Positions 61,341 to 64,000 of a stretch of 64,000 bases of DNA are shown piece by piece. The notes below the pieces were generated by a model that made no database searches, was not told the origin of the DNA, and saw nothing but the letters and a program-made list of their open reading frames with translations. Position 1 is the first letter of the stretch; each line of letters begins with the position of its first letter. A program made the translations under genes and the position numbers. Origin of the DNA: Candidatus Poribacteria bacterium (GTDB lineage: Bacteria > Poribacteria > WGA-4E > PCPOR2b); the NCBI GenBank assembly GCA_965198175.1, contig OZ240245.1:3136001-3200000 (forward strand), in the 5' to 3' direction.

Positions 61341-62801
61341 ATGCCATTAAAGATTTATAACTCTCTTACGAGACGGTTGGAAGAATTTACGCCTTTGCAA
61401 AAGAGAAAGGTGCTGATGTATACTTGTGGTCCTACTGTCTACGATTACTTTCACATCGGTAACGCTCGCACATTCCTTGTCTCCGATGTTGTTCGTCGCT
61501 ATCTCGAACATCAAGGGTACCAAGTCAAATTGGTTCAGAATCTGACGGACATTGACGACAAGATTATCAGTCGCGCAAGTGAAAGGGATATCGACGCAAA
61601 ACAGCTGGCTCAGAAATATGCCGCAGCTTACTTTGAAGACTCACAACAGCTTGGGATTCGTCCTGCTGATGTTCATCCGAGAGCAACGGATCATGTGCCG
61701 GAGATTATCGAGTTGCTTCAGACGTTGATTGATAAAGGTGCTGCATATCAGCGAGATGGAGATTTGTATTACCGCGTCAACCATTTCGCGGACTATGGCA
61801 AGCTTTCGAATCGAGATGCTGAGGACGTGCGCGCGGGAGCCCGGGTCGCAGTGGATAAACGGAAAGAGGATCCGCGTGATTTCGATTTATGGAAGATGGC
61901 AAAACCCGGTGAGCCGTGGTGGGATAGTCCTTGGGGACGGGGACGACCGGGATGGCATATCGAGTGCTCGGCAATGGCGATGAAGCATCTCGGCGAAACA
62001 ATTGATATTCACGCAGGGGGGCAAGACCTGCAATTTCCACATCACGAGAATGAGATTGCCCAGAGCGAGTTGGCGACGGGAAAGCCGTTTGCTCGCTACT
62101 GGCTGCATGTTGCGTTCTTGAGATTCGGTGGAAGGCGAATGGGGAAATCCGAGCAGAATTTCATTCTAGTACGCGATGCCCTTCGAGAGTATTCCCCCGA
62201 AGCAATCCGTCACTTCCTAATCTCCGCTCAACATCGCCATCCACTTGATTACAACGACACGAGTTTGCAGGAATCGAGTAGCGCCATTCGGCGGTTGAAC
62301 AACTGTCTGGATGACTTGAGACAATATCAAGACCGCTACCAAGAAATATCGCTTGATGAAGCTGAACTCAGTGAAGCGGAAACCGCTTTAATAAGATCTA
62401 CCGATGCCATGTCTAATGAATTTGAGGTGGCAATGGATGATGATTTTAACACAGCTGGGGCAATGGGTGCGATTTTCAAATTCGTGGGCGAAGTCAACCT
62501 TTTCCTCGCTGAAACAGAGACTAACCAATCGAATCTGGGAATAATGGTGCTTGACAACGCCTACCACAGCCTCACTGAGTTATGCGGGGTGTTGGGGATC
62601 GATTCTCAGAAAACCGTTTCCCGCAGTGACCATACCATGTTAATGGAGCAGTTGATGGAACTCATTGTGGATGTTCGTCAAGAGGCACGGAAACGTAAAG
62701 ATTGGGAAATGTCGGATAAGATTCGTGATCGGTTAACGCAACTGAACATCGAACTGAAGGACTCCCGGGTGGGAACTACTTGGAAACATAACGATGTATA
62801 A
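61341..62801 (+). CDS. cysS: cysteine--tRNA ligase
   Basis: CGPTVY, HIGN, GRPGWHIECSAM, FPHHENE, DDFNT. Confidence 0.97.
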   Translation: MPLKIYNSLTRRLEEFTPLQKRKVLMYTCGPTVYDYFHIGNARTFLVSDVVRRYLEHQGYQVKLVQNLTDIDDKIISRASERDIDAKQLAQKYAAAYFEDSQQLGIRPADVHPRATDHVPEIIELLQTLIDKGAAYQRDGDLYYRVNHFADYGKLSNRDAEDVRAGARVAVDKRKEDPRDFDLWKMAKPGEPWWDSPWGRGRPGWHIECSAMAMKHLGETIDIHAGGQDLQFPHHENEIAQSELATGKPFARYWLHVAFLRFGGRRMGKSEQNFILVRDALREYSPEAIRHFLISAQHRHPLDYNDTSLQESSSAIRRLNNCLDDLRQYQDRYQEISLDEAELSEAETALIRSTDAMSNEFEVAMDDDFNTAGAMGAIFKFVGEVNLFLAETETNQSNLGIMVLDNAYHSLTELCGVLGIDSQKTVSRSDHTMLMEQLMELIVDVRQEARKRKDWEMSDKIRDRLTQLNIELKDSRVGTTWKHNDV

Positions 62802-62834
62802 ATCTGCTACTCACACTAACAAAACATAAGGAGC

Positions 62835-63458
62835 GTGATAACGATGTACCGCTTTATACCTATATTGTTGGTTTGTCTATCGAGCTGCAATATTGCTAGC
62901 AAGCTAGTGTCCAAGCAAGAAATCAGTGAAAACTATGCTCTGATGGAGGGGGTTAGGGCGACAACCCCTGAAATGATTGATGGCAATGTGAGAACCGTTG
63001 GGGAAGCAGCATTGCCTGAAGGCGCCGAAGGGGTGTTCGGAATGTCCCCCGCGACCGAAGCGCTTATCACCTTACCCGAAAAAAAGGTGATTAGCCGAAT
63101 TGTGATCCATTCGAAGAACTTGAAGCAGTTTGACGTGTGGGCGGATAAGGGAAACAGAGATTGGGTGGTGCTTAAAGAGGTCAAGAGCGCCAAATCAAAT
63201 CCGATCGTGCTCTCAGGGCTACGGGCGCATTTTCCAACGGACAGAGTCCGAATCCGTGTGTTAGGTACGACGGACGACGCCGCACTACGACGCCGAGAGA
63301 GAGCACGGGGCGGCTTTCAGGCAGTGGGCTTCGGTTACAGCCGCGCGCCGGGTAAGTTTTATGAGATTGAACTCTACGGCTACAAGTCAGTTGAGGAAAC
63401 CACAGTCAAACAGGAAGAAGAAGAGCGGGATCAGGAATTGGATGATCTCTTGAAATAG
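62835..63458 (+). CDS. putative lipoprotein, discoidin/F5-8C-like beta sandwich
   Basis: Signal with LSSC lipobox; SENYAL..MIDG...ISRIVIHS...RVRIRV...YEIELYG. Confidence 0.6.
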   Translation: MITMYRFIPILLVCLSSCNIASKLVSKQEISENYALMEGVRATTPEMIDGNVRTVGEAALPEGAEGVFGMSPATEALITLPEKKVISRIVIHSKNLKQFDVWADKGNRDWVVLKEVKSAKSNPIVLSGLRAHFPTDRVRIRVLGTTDDAALRRRERARGGFQAVGFGYSRAPGKFYEIELYGYKSVEETTVKQEEEERDQELDDLLK

Positions 63459-63574
63459 AGTAATTCAGCAATACAACCTTGACCCTACATGTGTTAGGGA
63501 TATACATTTTTTGCAACAGTTGTTCTGCTTATGCAGTAAGCAATTCGCAATTAAACTACAATAGGAGGAAAAAA

Positions 63575-64000
63575 ATGCGTTACGCGACATCCACACTGAT
63601 AATTCTAACGGTAGTTTCTTCCCTCGGCTGTTTGAGTTCTTCTACCTCTTCCATCAGGTGGAGCGAGAACATCGCTATCTCTGCAACGGCGGACGATTCG
63701 AGGATAAACGATGACAATATGTATTCGGAGGGAGAAACAAGCCCGATAAGGGATGATCCGAACAATCCGGATTCATACGCGGAAGCTGATGAATACAGTC
63801 AGGCTGTCCTTCAATGGGGCAAACCGCAGCAGGTCCAACGGGTTGTTGTGAAAGCCAGAGAAGGACAACTGGAATTTTTCGAAATCCAGTACGAAGATGA
63901 GAACGGGAAATGGAAGACGGTCCGAAGTGTGAGAGACCACATGAGACCCGAATACAAATATACCAGTAAGGAACCAATTACGACTCGCAAAGTCCGCCTC
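63575..64000 (+). CDS. 3'-truncated putative lipoprotein, discoidin-like
   Basis: AGGAGG RBS, ATG 63575, open to the window end: MRYATSTLIILTVVSSLGC...WSENIA...QRVVVKA...EIQY...WKTV...TRKVRL. Not in the ORF track. Confidence 0.7.
   Translation, partial: MRYATSTLIILTVVSSLGCLSSSTSSIRWSENIAISATADDSRINDDNMYSEGETSPIRDDPNNPDSYAEADEYSQAVLQWGKPQQVQRVVVKAREGQLEFFEIQYEDENGKWKTVRSVRDHMRPEYKYTSKEPITTRKVRL

Overview
Bacterial chromosomal window of about 50% GC. The lineage is inferred, not proven, to be Candidatus Poribacteria-like, from a C-terminal 'AVxPxxKLxxTWGxIK' protein, a DUF6785-type membrane protein, PhyH, sulfotransferase and TPR genes. The left third holds two separate DUF1156-methylase/DUF499-ATPase restriction-like defence loci. 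Locus 1 (230-6556) is split by a broken RAYT transposase with four REP doublets. Locus 2 (14724-22925) is a tightly coupled four-gene operon: Swt1-HEPN-DUF499, an ABC/AAA ATPase, a small PD-(D/E)xK-like protein and a frameshifted DUF1156 methylase. It has no SNF2 helicase, and is followed by a Fic gene and a GIY-YIG gene that share a triplicated palindromic operator block. Between the loci lie obgE-proB-proA, lgt and a PorV-like barrel. The middle has metabolic/accessory genes, a probable CC-adding enzyme, msrB, mutY, a candidate structured RNA and two pseudogenes (TPR, HEPN). The right third is core: ABC transporters, a ComM/YifB ATPase, rpsF-ssb-rpsR-rplI-dnaB with an S6:S18-type leader, mlaEFD with a long MlaD, radA-PIN/TRAM-ispD-ispF-cysS, and two lipoproteins. 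No rRNA, tRNA or CRISPR array was seen. Product calls rest on motif recognition only; no searches were run.
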